Shown one piece after another: positions 11,496-33,230 of a DNA stretch of 49,285 bases (the first letter of the stretch is position 1; every line of letters starts with the position of its first letter). This DNA comes from Chromera velia (lineage: Eukaryota). Under the pieces are notes generated by a model. The model made no database searches. It had not been told where the DNA came from and saw nothing but the letters and a program-made list of their open reading frames with translations. Made by a program: the position numbers and the translations under genes. The stretch is from positions 1-49,285 of the forward strand of contig JAHBMJ010000401.1 of NCBI GenBank assembly GCA_018398765.1. Reading direction: 5' to 3'.

Positions 11496-14282
11496 GTGTC
11501 CCTCATTTTCGGAAAGTTTTTGGAGAGACACGTTGTTGCGTATCACTGCAAGAGCAAAACCAAACAGATGATTGCCAATATACAAAGAAAGAAGAAGAGA
11601 AAGGGTGACACGATAAAGAGTGCGCAGTCAGCGGAGGGGCAAAAAAGAATAAAAAGAAGGGGAGAGAAAGAGAGCGATGAGAGTGACGATGAAGGTGAGG
11701 AAGAGGAAGAAAGAGAGGCCCTGGGGGGGAAAGAGGAAGAGATGTAGAAGGCTCTGAAAACTTTAAGGACGAGGAGGAGGAGCGGGGGGATGGGGACGAA
11801 GAGGAGGAAGAAGACGAAGAAAAGTGGCCTCGGCTTCCCAACGGGTTTCCAATGCCCGTCCCCCATCTGGCGGCAGACAGTATTGTTGCTTCAGATGTCC
11901 CGATTCCATGGAAGGATGCCGATATGCTGATAGCCGCGGAGAATGGAACCATCAGAACAGAAGGATACAAATGGATCATGGGTTTTTCGGTTACAAGAGA
12001 CAGGTTTTTTGTGAAAGGAATTGAATTGAGGAAGTATTTTTCATTTGAAGGAAAGTATGCCAACTAGTGGGTATGGGTAGAGAGGACAGTCACTGCGTAA
12101 ACAAACTGCAGGGAGGCGTGTTAGAGGTTGGCGAGAGGTGGAAGGGGGCTGGTAGGGGGCTGGCGGGAGGCGGGCGGAGGAAAAGCAGACTGGAAGTCTG
12201 TCTTCTGGCAGGGGTTTGCTTTGTTGGCGGGGAGGTCTGACCTTAGAAAGACGATCAGGCCCCGCCAGGTCAAGCTGCCCGCCACCCCGCCAAATCGTGG
12301 CGACATGACTTTGAACCAATTTTTTGAAGTGAAAATATAACCCGCCATCAGTTCTGTTAGCTCCAATCAGCACTTTAGAATGTAGAAAAAAAGATTGGTA
12401 TATGAACAAAGTGCTCGCCATGTCTAGATTTTTTGTTAGAGAAAGTATAAACTTAGGGTTGCCCTTATACAGTAACATAGTGCTACCCCCTAGCTCGAAA
12501 GGCTCAACAAGTCGCACGTAGGGCATGACTTGGAATGGCACAAGCAATGCACAGCAGGTACATGATTTTCTGGAGGGCTTAGTGAATGGAGACGGCGAGC
12601 TCGAGAGAGCTACAGTGTATGACGTGAATAGAGCTGTCCTCCTTTGAAAGCAGAAAAAACAGATAACCAAAGCGGGTATGGAGAAGATCTTGTATGGCTC
12701 CCCGGTGCATTTGATGGTTATTTCGGATGTCTTGATGGTACGTCTTCTGGATGGGAAGGAAGTCGATGAGGAAGGAGGTTCTACCAAGGAAGGTGGAGAC
12801 GGGGAGGGGAAAGTGGTTATTGCTAGGACGACAGTATCTAATCAGCGCTTTGTGAACAAGCCCGTTGTGTCAAAGTTAAGGGGCCTTCCTGGTTTTCGAT
12901 TCATTCCTGCAACCCTTCCTGGAAAGGGACAGCCAGTCACGGAAGAAAAAAAAGCCGACGTCCCTTCCTCCTCCTCTGCAGCTCCAGCTGCCGTTCTAAA
13001 AACTTCAACACAGAAGCAGCCCAGAGATTTAGGGCAGAGACGGCAGGAGAAAAGACAGGAAAGCGAGCGCGTCCCTGGGGTATCAGCGAAGACAGGACAG
13101 GCAGGGAGGGTCAAGGAGACGGCTATCAGAAAGGGGGGGGGCTGTCAGCGACAGGGATGGGTCTCGAGACGGGAGATGTGAGAAAACCCTTCACAGCCTT
13201 CAAGGCTGAAGTGATGGCATATATTAAAGGCTCTCCGACCTCCCTTTTCGATCTTGTAGGAGTTTTTGTAATAATTTGCAATCTCGAGGGCATTCTGGAG
13301 CCATACATAAAAAAGAGTCGAGGCTGTCTCGTCGCTCTTGATGACGAAAATCCATTCCCGATGTGTCTCATTCTGACGGCACACGGCTGCATAGTGCCGG
13401 CAGCCGGAAAGCGTCCTAGGACTGTCGTCATATTCTTTTTGCCTGTGTGTTATCGGGAGGATGAGAAGGAGTCAGAGGAAGATGGAGAGGCAGAAGAGGG
13501 AGACCACCTGCCGGACAGAGCTCTACAGCCATTCACGGTGAAGGTGGGAGAGGGGATGGGGGAATTTAAGGTAGCACCATACGGGGACGATAGAAAGGAG
13601 GTGGCATGGGCATAGATTTCGTTTTCGACGACTTGTCAGTTTCTAGACTCCGTCGAGTGTTCCGTGTAGATTTTAGGTACGACCTTCTCGTCCCGGTGGC
13701 CCCACGCAGACTGTGCTATGGTGGAGCTCGATGAAGTCTATTCTTCTCTTCATGAGAAAAGATGGGACGTCGTGCTGGTGGATCCTGTGCCTTCCGACGT
13801 TCTTGTCTCTTATTAGGAGGACTTTGAGGGCGCGGGCTCATTCCACACGACTGTGACTTTACGTTCGCAAGAATACAGAGCGTCTACTGTGGGGTGAATT
13901 CGAGCTCTCGGGAAAGGGAAAAGATTTCTGGGGGGGTTGTGGCTATTCAGAAAGGGATGGCAGGTAGCTTGTTGCAAAAACCCTAGATAATTTTCCGTCT
14001 ACAGGCGTGTGCATACAAGGGTCGGCTAATGAGAGGATGTGTGGGGGATGTGCAGAGGAAGCCAGAGGAAGAGCTGATTGCCCTGTGTGCTGCCACCAAC
14101 TCGGACCTTCGAGGACATCAGGCAGATTTGGGGCGGGGAGTATGGTGTGTGTGCCTGAGGAAAGAGAAGGGTGTGTGGAGGTGGAGGAGGGCCATGATTC
14201 TAGGGGGGTTCCAAGAGGGTTTGAAGCAGAAGACGGGTGTCCAGCCATGGGGGGGAGAGAAAGGAGGTCAACAGCCCCATGA
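11496..14282 (+). pseudogene. Long decayed intron-poor ORF (acidic tracts; C-terminal CxxC...CPxC RING-like remnant); pseudogene or mobile-element cargo
   Basis: ORF pieces 11496-11747, 11852-12340, 12678-13181, 13157-13615 and 14007-14282 join via homopolymer frameshifts. In-frame stops lie at 12065, 12098, 12122, 12519, 12645, 13613, 13667 and 13814. MCGGCAEEARGRADCPVCC occurs near the end. Confidence 0.65.
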
Positions 14283-17200
14283 TGATTCGATTGCGACTGT
14301 CAGTGAGTTCAATAAGACGATGATCTTTTTCTTTGGTCATGTTCTCAGTCGACGTGCAAGGGACCTAGGCAAAAGACAGAGACTCCGAGTCAGATGAGAG
14401 TGTCTCGGACATGGGTAATCAGGAGGTAGAGACTGTGTCAAACGTCTCAGCTGGCAGCCGGCTCTTCATCAGGAAGGGAGAGAAAAGACGCTCCAGGGTT
14501 TTTCCGTATGACTAACAACAAAAGCGTGAAGAGGGTGGAGTTGTGTCGAAGAATGCAGTAACCCGTAAGATAATTAAAAAAGAGTTGTGCAATTCTCGGT
14601 ATGGCAGAAAATAATTTAAAATAGTTCTGTGCACGACACTATAGGATGGTAATTGAAAGTAAAATTCCCCATGGAAGTTTATTTATTCTGCACTATTCTG
14701 CACTAAATACTTTCCTCTTTTTTGACTCTGACAATGACTCATACGTACAACGAGTGAGTCGGACTCACCGCCGTAGTACAACTGGTAGTGGAACTATATA
14801 TAGGTGAAACTATTTTAATTCAACCCCTAGGTCACTCCCTATATATTGCATGTTCATTCTAAACTTGCGGAAGCTACTACCTAGAGCGAAACTTATATAT
14901 AGCTAGATATATAGTCACTCAAAAATTTTGGATAATTAGTTTATAGGATAGAATAGGACTAGAGCTAGGACTAGAGCTTTAAATAAATTAAACTAATAGT
15001 TTAAAGCCTAATTCAAGATCTCTATAGCTCCCAACGATACATTTCTATAGTAGCATCTTCATTATATTACATCATAAATCAATCAAAATCAATCAATAGT
15101 AAAGTGGAGGCTAGGCTAGGGGATGGGCAGAAATTTAAAAATATATGCCATAATCATGATATGCCACTTCAAGTTGCATGTATCGAACTTAATTATTATG
15201 CATGATATTGAAGATTCCAGTCATTTGACAAAGAATGCATGTAGAATGCTAAAATTAAGATAAAATGCTAGATTCACAACTAGAAACGGAGCAGTAAAAT
15301 GAATGAATAAATGTTAGAATGAATGAAACTAGAAATGAACTAGGGAATCAAAGAATAAATGAATGATGAATAAATAAAATAAAGAATATTGTTTTTTTTG
15401 CACGCATGCAGCTGTTGTACGATTACAGCTGCCACATTTTTTTTTAATTCACACGGTACGTGTTTATTCAATGAGACAGTAAATTCTTTCTTTTCTTCGT
15501 GATAGAGGCTGCTCATACCTGATACCACCTGCTCACCCTTCCGGGCCTTCCCCCCCCGACGGATATTTTGACTTTTGTCATGGCCAGTGATTGATTGATC
15601 CATCAAATCGCCTGTGCCTCTTCATTTTCTTTTCTTTGCCGATCCCCAAGGGCATGCTTCGTCCTCAACTTGAAAGTCTCCGCAACTAGCTTCGTTGCGG
15701 ATGAAAATCACAAGCTAGACGAGACGGATTCCCTTCTCAGAAGCTGGCGGTGCGTGCGTGCATGGTTTTCCGTTTGTTTGTTTGTTTGTTTGGATTGTTT
15801 GATCATCACAGTTGGCCGAGCGGATTGATCGATTAATCGCATGCTTAATTGAGAAGACTCTTGACGGCGTGAAAGAAGTAAGACACCCATCATCTTGCAA
15901 GACAAAGGATGGAGAGAGACGTGCACCCAACCAGTCAAGCCATACCTCTGATTGAAGCAGGACAAGAAAGTGGAGGGGGGAAATGGAGTGACTGTGTTGC
16001 CCGTGTGCAGATTTGGGGACATATGCATCCATCCTTGTAGGAGGACGGACTGCATGAGAGAGTGTTTGAGGGAGGAATAGGATGGAGGGACGATTGGCAC
16101 AGGAAGAAAGAAAGAAGAGGGTACTCACGCAGAAAGGCAAGGGGAAAAGGCAGCTGGACCGGAAGCCCTCCTTCCCCTCCTTTCCCTTCGTCTTCTTTGC
16201 TTTGAAACTTCCTAATCGACCCGCATCCTTCCCTCGTTTTTCTGTCCACCGCTGTCCCGCCACATGGTCACTTTGTTCTTTTCGGCAAGACATTCCTTTG
16301 TTGTCCCTTTTCGCCTCCTGATCCCTTTACCTTGATTGATGTATGTGCATCGTTTTGCGTTTCTTTTTTCAATTAAGTGCTTGCCGATCCGATGCATCCA
16401 CTCCTGTCGATGGCTCGGAGGGGAGAGTGCGGTTCTTCTGTGAACTCCTCAAGCACGCACACACGCACGAAGGCAGGCACAAGAGCGTACAAAAACTCAT
16501 GAACTCTTTCCTTTTAACTTTGGCCCGCTGCTGCGCTTCGAGCGAAGACGGAACGATCATTGTCTGTGTGTGTATGTGTGTGCGTGTGGGTGACTGCGAC
16601 GATGGATCCGAATGAGGAGAGCAGAGGAGGAAAGTGAGCAAAAGCACGTCATTCTCTTTCACGAAATAACCCCCACCCACCCAACCACCCGGCCCGCCCC
16701 TTCTTCCCATTTGACCATTGAGTGAGTGAGTGAGTGAGTGAGTCTCTACTATACGTTGAGTTGAGTTGAAACTTTCAAATTCCGGCTTCGCTCTTTCTTT
16801 CTTTGCATACTGTGGTCCCTCCTTTCTTTCTTTCTTTCTATTTGTTTGTTTGGCTCCCTCCCTCTTGCCTTTGCGTTGCCCAATTTGCAGGAAAGGGGAA
16901 AGAGTTCCTTCTGCTGTGCTCCAAATTTCCGAACTTTGTTCTTCTTTCGGTTACAACAAAAAGCAGAACGCGCCACCATGACAGAGACGCGAAGGGAAAA
17001 ACACAGCGGCCTCTCCCCCCTCCCCGCTCTCTTCAAAGATTCAGTAGAACTTATTTTGAAGCCCCGCTCTGTCTGAGTGCGGGACTCCAATCAGAAATTT
17101 GCAATGGGCAGACAGGAAGAAGTTTCGAGAACGTCGCTCGCACCTTCAGGAAGGAAATTAAGGGATCAGACAGAGCAGAGAAGACAGAGAGACGGTGCTG

Positions 17201-18227
17201 GAAAGGAAGCCAATGCACGAACAGAAAGGGCTTACAGGCTCGAGCAGCCCCATTTGCCCCACATCATTTCTCGAAACTTCCGCCCCTGACACCTGGCTGT
17301 CGCACGGTGCCAAGTAGGTCAGCTCCAGCAGAGTCGGTTGGTCGGTAGATGAATGCGGTGAGGAAAGAATGTAGAGGGACAGTGAAAACCGAAGGGGAAA
17401 GGTTGTGCGAACAGGGAGAAAGAGGAATGCACCAGAGCACCCCAACTGCATCCACTGGGAGGTCCTTTCAGTGGCGAGCGTTCTCTTTGAATTACATTAA
17501 GAAAGAGAAAGAGAGAGAGAGGCAGGCAGCGCACAGACAGAGAGGTATCATGCAGCCAAGCAGCAGACGGAACTCCCCACTCTGCTTTCTTTCAGCCTTT
17601 TGGTCAGACTCGAAAAGATTCCTTTTTCTTTCCCAATGTTCCTTCCGGTCCTTTCCCCCCACGCCCCTCATTGTCTTCCTCCCTCCTGCCACCTTCTTAT
17701 TTGATAACAACATTTTATTCATTCATTCAGATTCGCATCGTTTCACTCCTACCCGCCGGGCGCATCGGCATGCGCGTTCCCTTTTTCGCTCTGAGCCATT
17801 TCTCCTCTCCCCCTTTGCCTGCTCGCCTCTCAGCCCTCAATCAACTACACCCGACCCATACATATTTCTTTGTCCTTCTGCTGGGAAGGAGCGAAGGCCA
17901 GGGAGATCGAAGGAGAGACGGGACAGAAATGGGACGAAAAGAAAGTCCCAACGACAGCAGACACACAGGTAGGCAGAACTCAAGAAACAAAAGAGGAAGA
18001 ATCCGCAGAGAATCAGTGAAGGAAGGAAGGAAGGAGTCCAAATCCGTCAGCGAGCAGCCAACTGAAAGTAAGTACGCACATGCAAAAAGAGGGAGTTAAT
18101 GGGAGAAACCCAGCACTCCACTCCGACACACAGACACACCGTCCCCCTTTCAGTGTACCACAGGGAGAAGATGAGAGGAGCGAAAGGAAGGAAGACAACA
18201 GAGAAGAGGACACACAATCAGACCAGA

Positions 18228-27027
<8,800 letters not shown>

Positions 27028-27758
27028 GATCGGAAGGCAAGAAAGTGGGTGAGTGTTGTTTGACTGTTCCAAACAGCAAAACGAGTCTCTTTATCGATAC
27101 ATCAGTCAATCAAGAAAACAAATAGAAAGACAGTGTGGTCGGACGTCTTTTGGTCATGTTACATACACTGTCACAGCCCCTGGTCAGCGATTGGGGGCAT
27201 CAGAATCCGTACGTGTGTGTACAAGGTGTGTTCTTCAAACTTCTTCTCTGTATCGCGATTTGACTTTTGAATTTTTGAGTGCAATTCAATTAGGCCGCGG
27301 GTATGGATCAAATGCTTCGGGGCCACTCTGAGGCCCACAAATTCAGGGTCCACTGCCGCACTAAGAGCGCGTATGTGTGCCGGGGTCCGGACCGTCCGGA
27401 CCGTCGCTTAATTGCCGCCTAGCTGTAGCTCCGTTCCGCCGTCGCGCGGCCGGAGGGTCCGACCACCAATTCGATCGAGATCGACCATCGATCGCTACTC
27501 AATTTTAAAGGCCGTGAAATGCTGTGAACGTCGATCCGCTGTGAGCGATTGTGACGTTGTGTATATAACTTCCCTTCACATTTATAGTAACTAATCTTTG
27601 CCCTCTGACAACCTGCGTATATGAAAAATTTTTCCGCTGCTGCTATACATACTGTGACTGGATCTGGTCGCAGGCCTCGACACAGTGCATGGTGTGCTCA
27701 CTCTGGACACTCCAGATGATACAGGTCGAGATTCGGAGTACCACTGCAATCTGCACAG

Positions 27759-30592
27759 TTGGTTTCAGCAGTTTTTCTCAACAGTGATTTCCCGGACTGG
27801 TGCAGGGGTCTCTCCAACTTGAGCTTCTATCTGTTGGTTTTGTGTGTCGATTTTGGCGTCAGGCGATCCAGATCTGTTCCGAACCCACACGGGAAAATCG
27901 AACTTCGCCAGGAGACTTGTGCGGCCAAGTCACCAGTTCTGGCCGTCTTGTACAGACTTTTTGTCGGCTTTGTGCCCTCCAAAAACGAAGGGAGGGGAGA
28001 GCAGGAGTGCATCAAGACAATTTGCATATTTGATCGAAAAATGTTTGCTTGCGGGTGCTCCTTCCTGCTTCCACAGATTGGCTGCCAATACTTCCAAACA
28101 CTGTTGTTCCTTATCTATTTCGGCAAGCTCTCCATTGAGCCCCTCAGGATTCCGACAGAGGGATTCTGGCCTCTTGCGAAGGCAGCGCCCTTTCTGAACG
28201 CACATGCGGTCACGTGTGCTGCCATCCTGAACTGCTATTTCTTCTTCACTCTCCTTGATAGCGATTTCATATTTGGGCTCGTCGGCCTTGATTTCTCCGG
28301 CAATGTGAGTTGTTGGCTCGACGAGTCGGCACGATTCCTCCGAGAGAAGAGGACTCACTGGGCAGTGGAGAGACTTCTGAAGTTGCCTGAGACATCAAAC
28401 GAAGAAGCGGTGAGGGGAATTGTCAGAGGGTCACTGGGCGAACCATTCAAATGGGTCGTCTTCGTTTTCTTCCTTTTTGTCCGTTTGTTCGTTGTTCTTC
28501 TGACGGTTGTCCGGTTGGTGTTTCAGTTTCCGGCTGTTGCCTTCGTGGGGGCATTTTGGATTATTGCTTTATTCATGGAGGCGAATGTAAATGGGGCCCT
28601 CCCGACCCTCAATGAACACAGAGGCTTCCTTGCTTGGTTGATCGTCTCTCTGTTGGTCTGGGGTGCCGGGGTTGTGCAAATGATGTCAGGAGGTTCTGAC
28701 GGAGTGCGCAGGCAACTGCGGCAGATCGTTTGTCTCTATGCGAGAGTGCAGAGAGAATTCTCAGTCGACAGACTCGAAAGCTGTCTTCTCGACTTGTGGC
28801 GGCTCGGCCAAGGAAGGATGCGCGCAGCTTTGTTGTCAATAGATCTCGATCAGAGGGAAGAAGAGGGGGGAGAGGTAGGGCACATCTCGGATGAAGAAAC
28901 CAGGGAGGGTGTTGAGATGCAGCCCCTGCTTGACGGGACTGTTGATCAAGTGGAAGTCGGGGGGGCGGGAGAGCAAAGGAGTGGAANNNNNNNNNNNNNN
29001 NNNNNNNNNNNNNNNNNNNNNNNNNNNNNNNNNNNNNNNNNNNNNNNNNNNNNNGGAGAGGGGGAAGGGGAGGAGACAACAGAGAGGCGAGCGGGAAGAA
29101 ATGATTCGATTTACGATGTCCTCAGCCGTGCACTGAAGTTTTCAGTTTTGGTCTCTGAATTCTTTCACTTCCTTGAGCGTGTCTTTGGTTGGTTTTACGT
29201 CCCTTTCGTCGTTCTCCTTGCCTGTGAAGTGTCCCCTCCTCTCTTCACCACCTGGAAGGGGGCACTCACTTCTGGGGGTCTCTTCCCTGAGGCTTTGAGG
29301 GGCTGGGTGGAGGAGAAGGGGGGAGTGATGGATGGTTTGGTTGTCACAGCAGTCCTCCTGTTCTTCCTCGGATACGCCGGTCTCTGCCTGGGTGCAGCCT
29401 TTTATCAGGTTGGTGGGTTGCTAAATTGCTGGCTGGAGGTCTCTTGCCATTCCTATTCTTTCCCTTCTTTCTGTCCTGGGCTGACATTGTCCTTCATCTA
29501 TCAATAATTCATTTTTTGAGGTGTGTACGGGAGTGTAAGGAAATCATCAGCTGCCTGCTTTTCTTCGTTCCGTCGGTCTTGTCCCCCTTTTTTTCCCGGC
29601 CTCCCTGACAAAGTCCAACGGACACTCCCTGTTTGCCAGTAAATCGCTCCCTCATTTCTACCCCCCGGCTCTTTGCCTTTCTGCTAGTCCGTCTCCCCTT
29701 TTGGTTCACTTTGTAAATGCGCTTGTGAAATCTGTCTGCATGCATGCAGGCTTATTTCCTCCGTCTCTGGAACGAGAGTGTCGGTTACGTTTCCCGTGCC
29801 CGGTCTCTTTTCGTGTTCGAAACCAAGATGGAAGTGCTCATGAGCCTGATCCCTCGCTCTCCACTCGAGCGACTCGCACAGCTTGAACTCCGCCCGAATG
29901 CTGAGGTTGTCGTGAACTTGGGCGTCAACCCCCAAAGACTTCCTTCAGGCAGAGATGACGGGGGTCTACGCTGAAAAGACAGAGGAGAGGGGCTTTTCAT
30001 CAACGCAGAGCACGCATTGAGGACAGTGGGGGCGTGGTGGCTCCCGGCGTTCGTTGTTTCCCTCGGGCTTTTGATCATGGGGGTTGCTTATCACTGGGTG
30101 TTGCTAGGTCTGGTATTCCCTGAGGATGTCAGAGGGGGGTCTGAATCCTTTGGAAGCCTGTTCTTCTGTCGCTTGTTTTTCTTCGTCTCTCTTGCGCAGG
30201 TGTGCCTCTCTGTCTTGGTCGGTCCCTTAATGCTGTGGGGAATCGCGTCCTTTTCGATAGAGGACGTGAAGGGAGTTGTGGGGGAAAGGCTGCCTTCAGG
30301 GATGTTGGAGGCTGCAGAGGTCTTGGCAGAGATCCCCCCTCCCACCCGGAATTCTCTGGTTGTGCTCTGTTACTTCGGGTCGATCTCGAAGTACTATTGG
30401 GAATGGTCCTTGGCGAGTTTGCGCGCGCGGCTCAGAAGAAACGATTTCTTGAGCGAGGCGTCTACAAGAGTGCGTGGTTCTGTGAATATCCTGTCTCCCG
30501 CTTCCCTCAGCGACCATCAGTCAGATGGGGTAGACAGAGACGAGGAGATGGGAATTCTCGGAGAAGGGGGGGGCTCAGCGGAGGAACAGTGA
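27759..30592 (+). CDS. Uncharacterised polytopic membrane protein, possibly a pseudogene. Probable intron 29409-29749, in-frame TGA at 29972, start uncertain (first in-frame ATG 28041)
   Basis: Long ORFs with many hydrophobic segments. CAG|GTTGGT...TGCATGCAG joins AAFYQ to AYFLRLWNES in phase. ORFs 29744-29974 and 30017-30592 share a frame. The frame across the gap at 28987-29054 cannot be verified. Confidence 0.6.
28987..29054. other. Assembly gap
   Basis: Run of N. Confidence 1.
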
Positions 30593-31934
30593 GGGTTCGC
30601 TCAACATTTCCGAACCTCCTCGATGGTATGATCGAGGGGCGGGGGTCTTTCCATGGAGGTCCTGTGTCTTGCGTCTTTGGCCGTGCTTGTTCCCCTTTTG
30701 TATTCGGTCCATTATGGTCCCACTGGCTGCATGGGTGTTGGTGCTTTCCATTCATCGCAGTTGGTGCGTCGGTTGGATTCCTCTCACTCGTCCTAAGTTC
30801 CTTTATTGCTGCTTGCTGACACACCCTGAAAGAAAAATTCCTCTGGCGAAATTTCAAGCCCTGTTCTGAAATAACGGGGATTCGTGCAAAGTCTTTTGGA
30901 CTCTGCAGAAAGGCTTCGTACGTGCTTGTCATCAGGCACTGAAACGTCAAGTAGAAGGGGGTAGTAGCAGATATAGCGTTGTACAGCCTAGAACATTGAC
31001 TTGAGATCACTGAAGAATAAATAGAAACTTTAATAAAAATCATGAATCAATCCTGGTCTAATTGAAACACCTTTTCATATTGGCAAGAATTTTTTGATCG
31101 ATATATATACCTAGAGATCAATGCATGCATTCGTGTGGACTCCGAAAACAAATTTATAACATCTTCAATCAAATCTTTCATCATAGAAGTTTTATGCATG
31201 AAGAAGCAGTGAGTGTTTGAATTTTTAGAATAAAAAGATCTATAAACCTAGTCTAAGATTTATATGTTATAGTATATATAGCTATGTATATAGTAGTACA
31301 TATGGGCTAGAAACATACGTTGCATGCTACCTAGTATGCTGCGTTGTATGATGGTATCATAACCTTCAACTGTCATATTATAATTCAAATCTAGGCTAGA
31401 AATCTAGGTCCTAGATATCTAATTAGATAAAAGTAATATATAAATTAAGCGAGTAACGCGGTAAGTCAAATTATACACTGACATCAAACTATTTACGTCG
31501 ATCCAATATTTCGTCCTACACTGGTACTTCGTCATAGTATACTTTACATGAATTTCACTGGTAATTTTATAACTATAATGATCATGCATGCTAGCGATCA
31601 TACCGGTGTGAAAGTCCCGCAGGCCCCGTTCAGTTAGCATTAACATGATCACACACGGCTGTTACTAAAGTTAAAGTTTTTAAGAATACATAATATGCCA
31701 AATAATAGTGGATATTATATCATTAAACTTGAGTATACCTGAACGCTTAAACGTTAATTACACATGCAATGATTATTTTACACTTAATTGTAATTCTGAA
31801 CAAAAACCTTCATTCTGTGAATCATACATCGGTTGGTTTAAAAGTCAAAGCTGTTACGACTAGTGTTACGATTTTACAGACTTCAAGTCTTTGCGTGCTT
31901 ATGCGATTGCAGAACTTAGAAACAAGAGGTTCGA

Positions 31935-32531
31935 TCATTCATAATTTGGCACGAACGTCTTATAAGGATAGATGGACTTATGTCCATCCGACCACTCCAC
32001 AAAGATAGCATAGTTTCCAACAGGACCAATCCGCAAAGCGCGGATATCGTCAGAAATTGTCTGCAGAACAGAAGCGGGGGGGGGGGGGNNNNNNNNNNNN
32101 NNNNNNNNNNNNNNNNNNNNNNNNNNNNNNNNNNNNNNNNNNNNNNNNNNNNNNNNNNNNNNNNNNNNNNNNNNNNNNNNNNGGTCGGGGGGTTAGACGC
32201 TTCCATAGAGACCTGCTCGGAAAACTGCTATTACCACAGCTGCACAGTGCACAATGGACACAAACACGTTTCCATGCGGCCTACGTTGGCAGAAAGACGA
32301 CAGTAAATAGTTTCAAAGTCTGTTCACCCTTGAGATCCGAGCTTCTTTGAGCTTTACTCATCAATGCACACCCTTTGCGGTTCCCTACAATCCCTCCCCT
32401 TGCTTTTTCCAGCGTTCCATACACTCCCTGACTGACGTTTGGGTCAAGTTTTTGTCGTCCCGTCATTTCTTCTACACAAAGCGCGCACCTGAGCACACGA
32501 AGTGCAACGATTCCGTTACAACACATACAGA

Positions 32532-32574
<43 letters not shown>

Positions 32575-33111
32575 GGAAGAAGGGCAGATGGGAATAGGGA
32601 GAAAGGAGAGGCGAGAGAAAAAAAGAGAAGTAGCAGAAAATGAAGAAACGATTGACAGGCCCGACTGAAAACACACAAATCAGTCTCTTCCGGAACCGTT
32701 GCAGACACCCCTCAAAGCAATCCCACCTACCTGCACTTTGATCTCAGGTCTTTCGGTGCTACCTGCGCCATCTCCCCCTTATACCCCACAGCAAGTTCGT
32801 TTGTAGCCTCCATCACCATCACGACGGGCCTCCTCTCCTCCTCTGATTCCCGGTTGATCTGGTCAACCTCCTGCACATGCAGTCAGTCGATGAGCAGAAA
32901 AATCATATTCAGTCATCAGGCGGCACCACTGCGAAGCTTGTAGTCTTGCAGAGCTCTAGACCATCCAGGTTTAAACAACACAGAGAAAGCATATACAAAC
33001 ACGCAAACACACACAACCCGACAGACAGACAGACAGATAGACAGGCAGGCAGGCAGGAAGGCAGGTAGACAGACAGGCAGACAGGCAGACAGACACGCAA
33101 ACACACTAACA

Positions 33112-33147
<36 letters not shown>

Positions 33148-33195
33148 CCCCCTCTCTCCCACACAGACACGTACTTGCACTCGCACACGCACACA

Positions 33196-33230
<35 letters not shown>

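Noticed and set aside
11496..14282. Alternative genetic code (TAR=Gln) as the cause of in-frame stops
   Set aside because: Intact genes here have no internal TAR, ccsA terminates at TAG, and the decayed ORF also has frameshifts.
31850..32060. Apparent TAG/TAA-broken ORF on the + strand
   Set aside because: Largely the antisense of the last HCF101 exon and its 3' flank, so it is not evidence of hypermutation.
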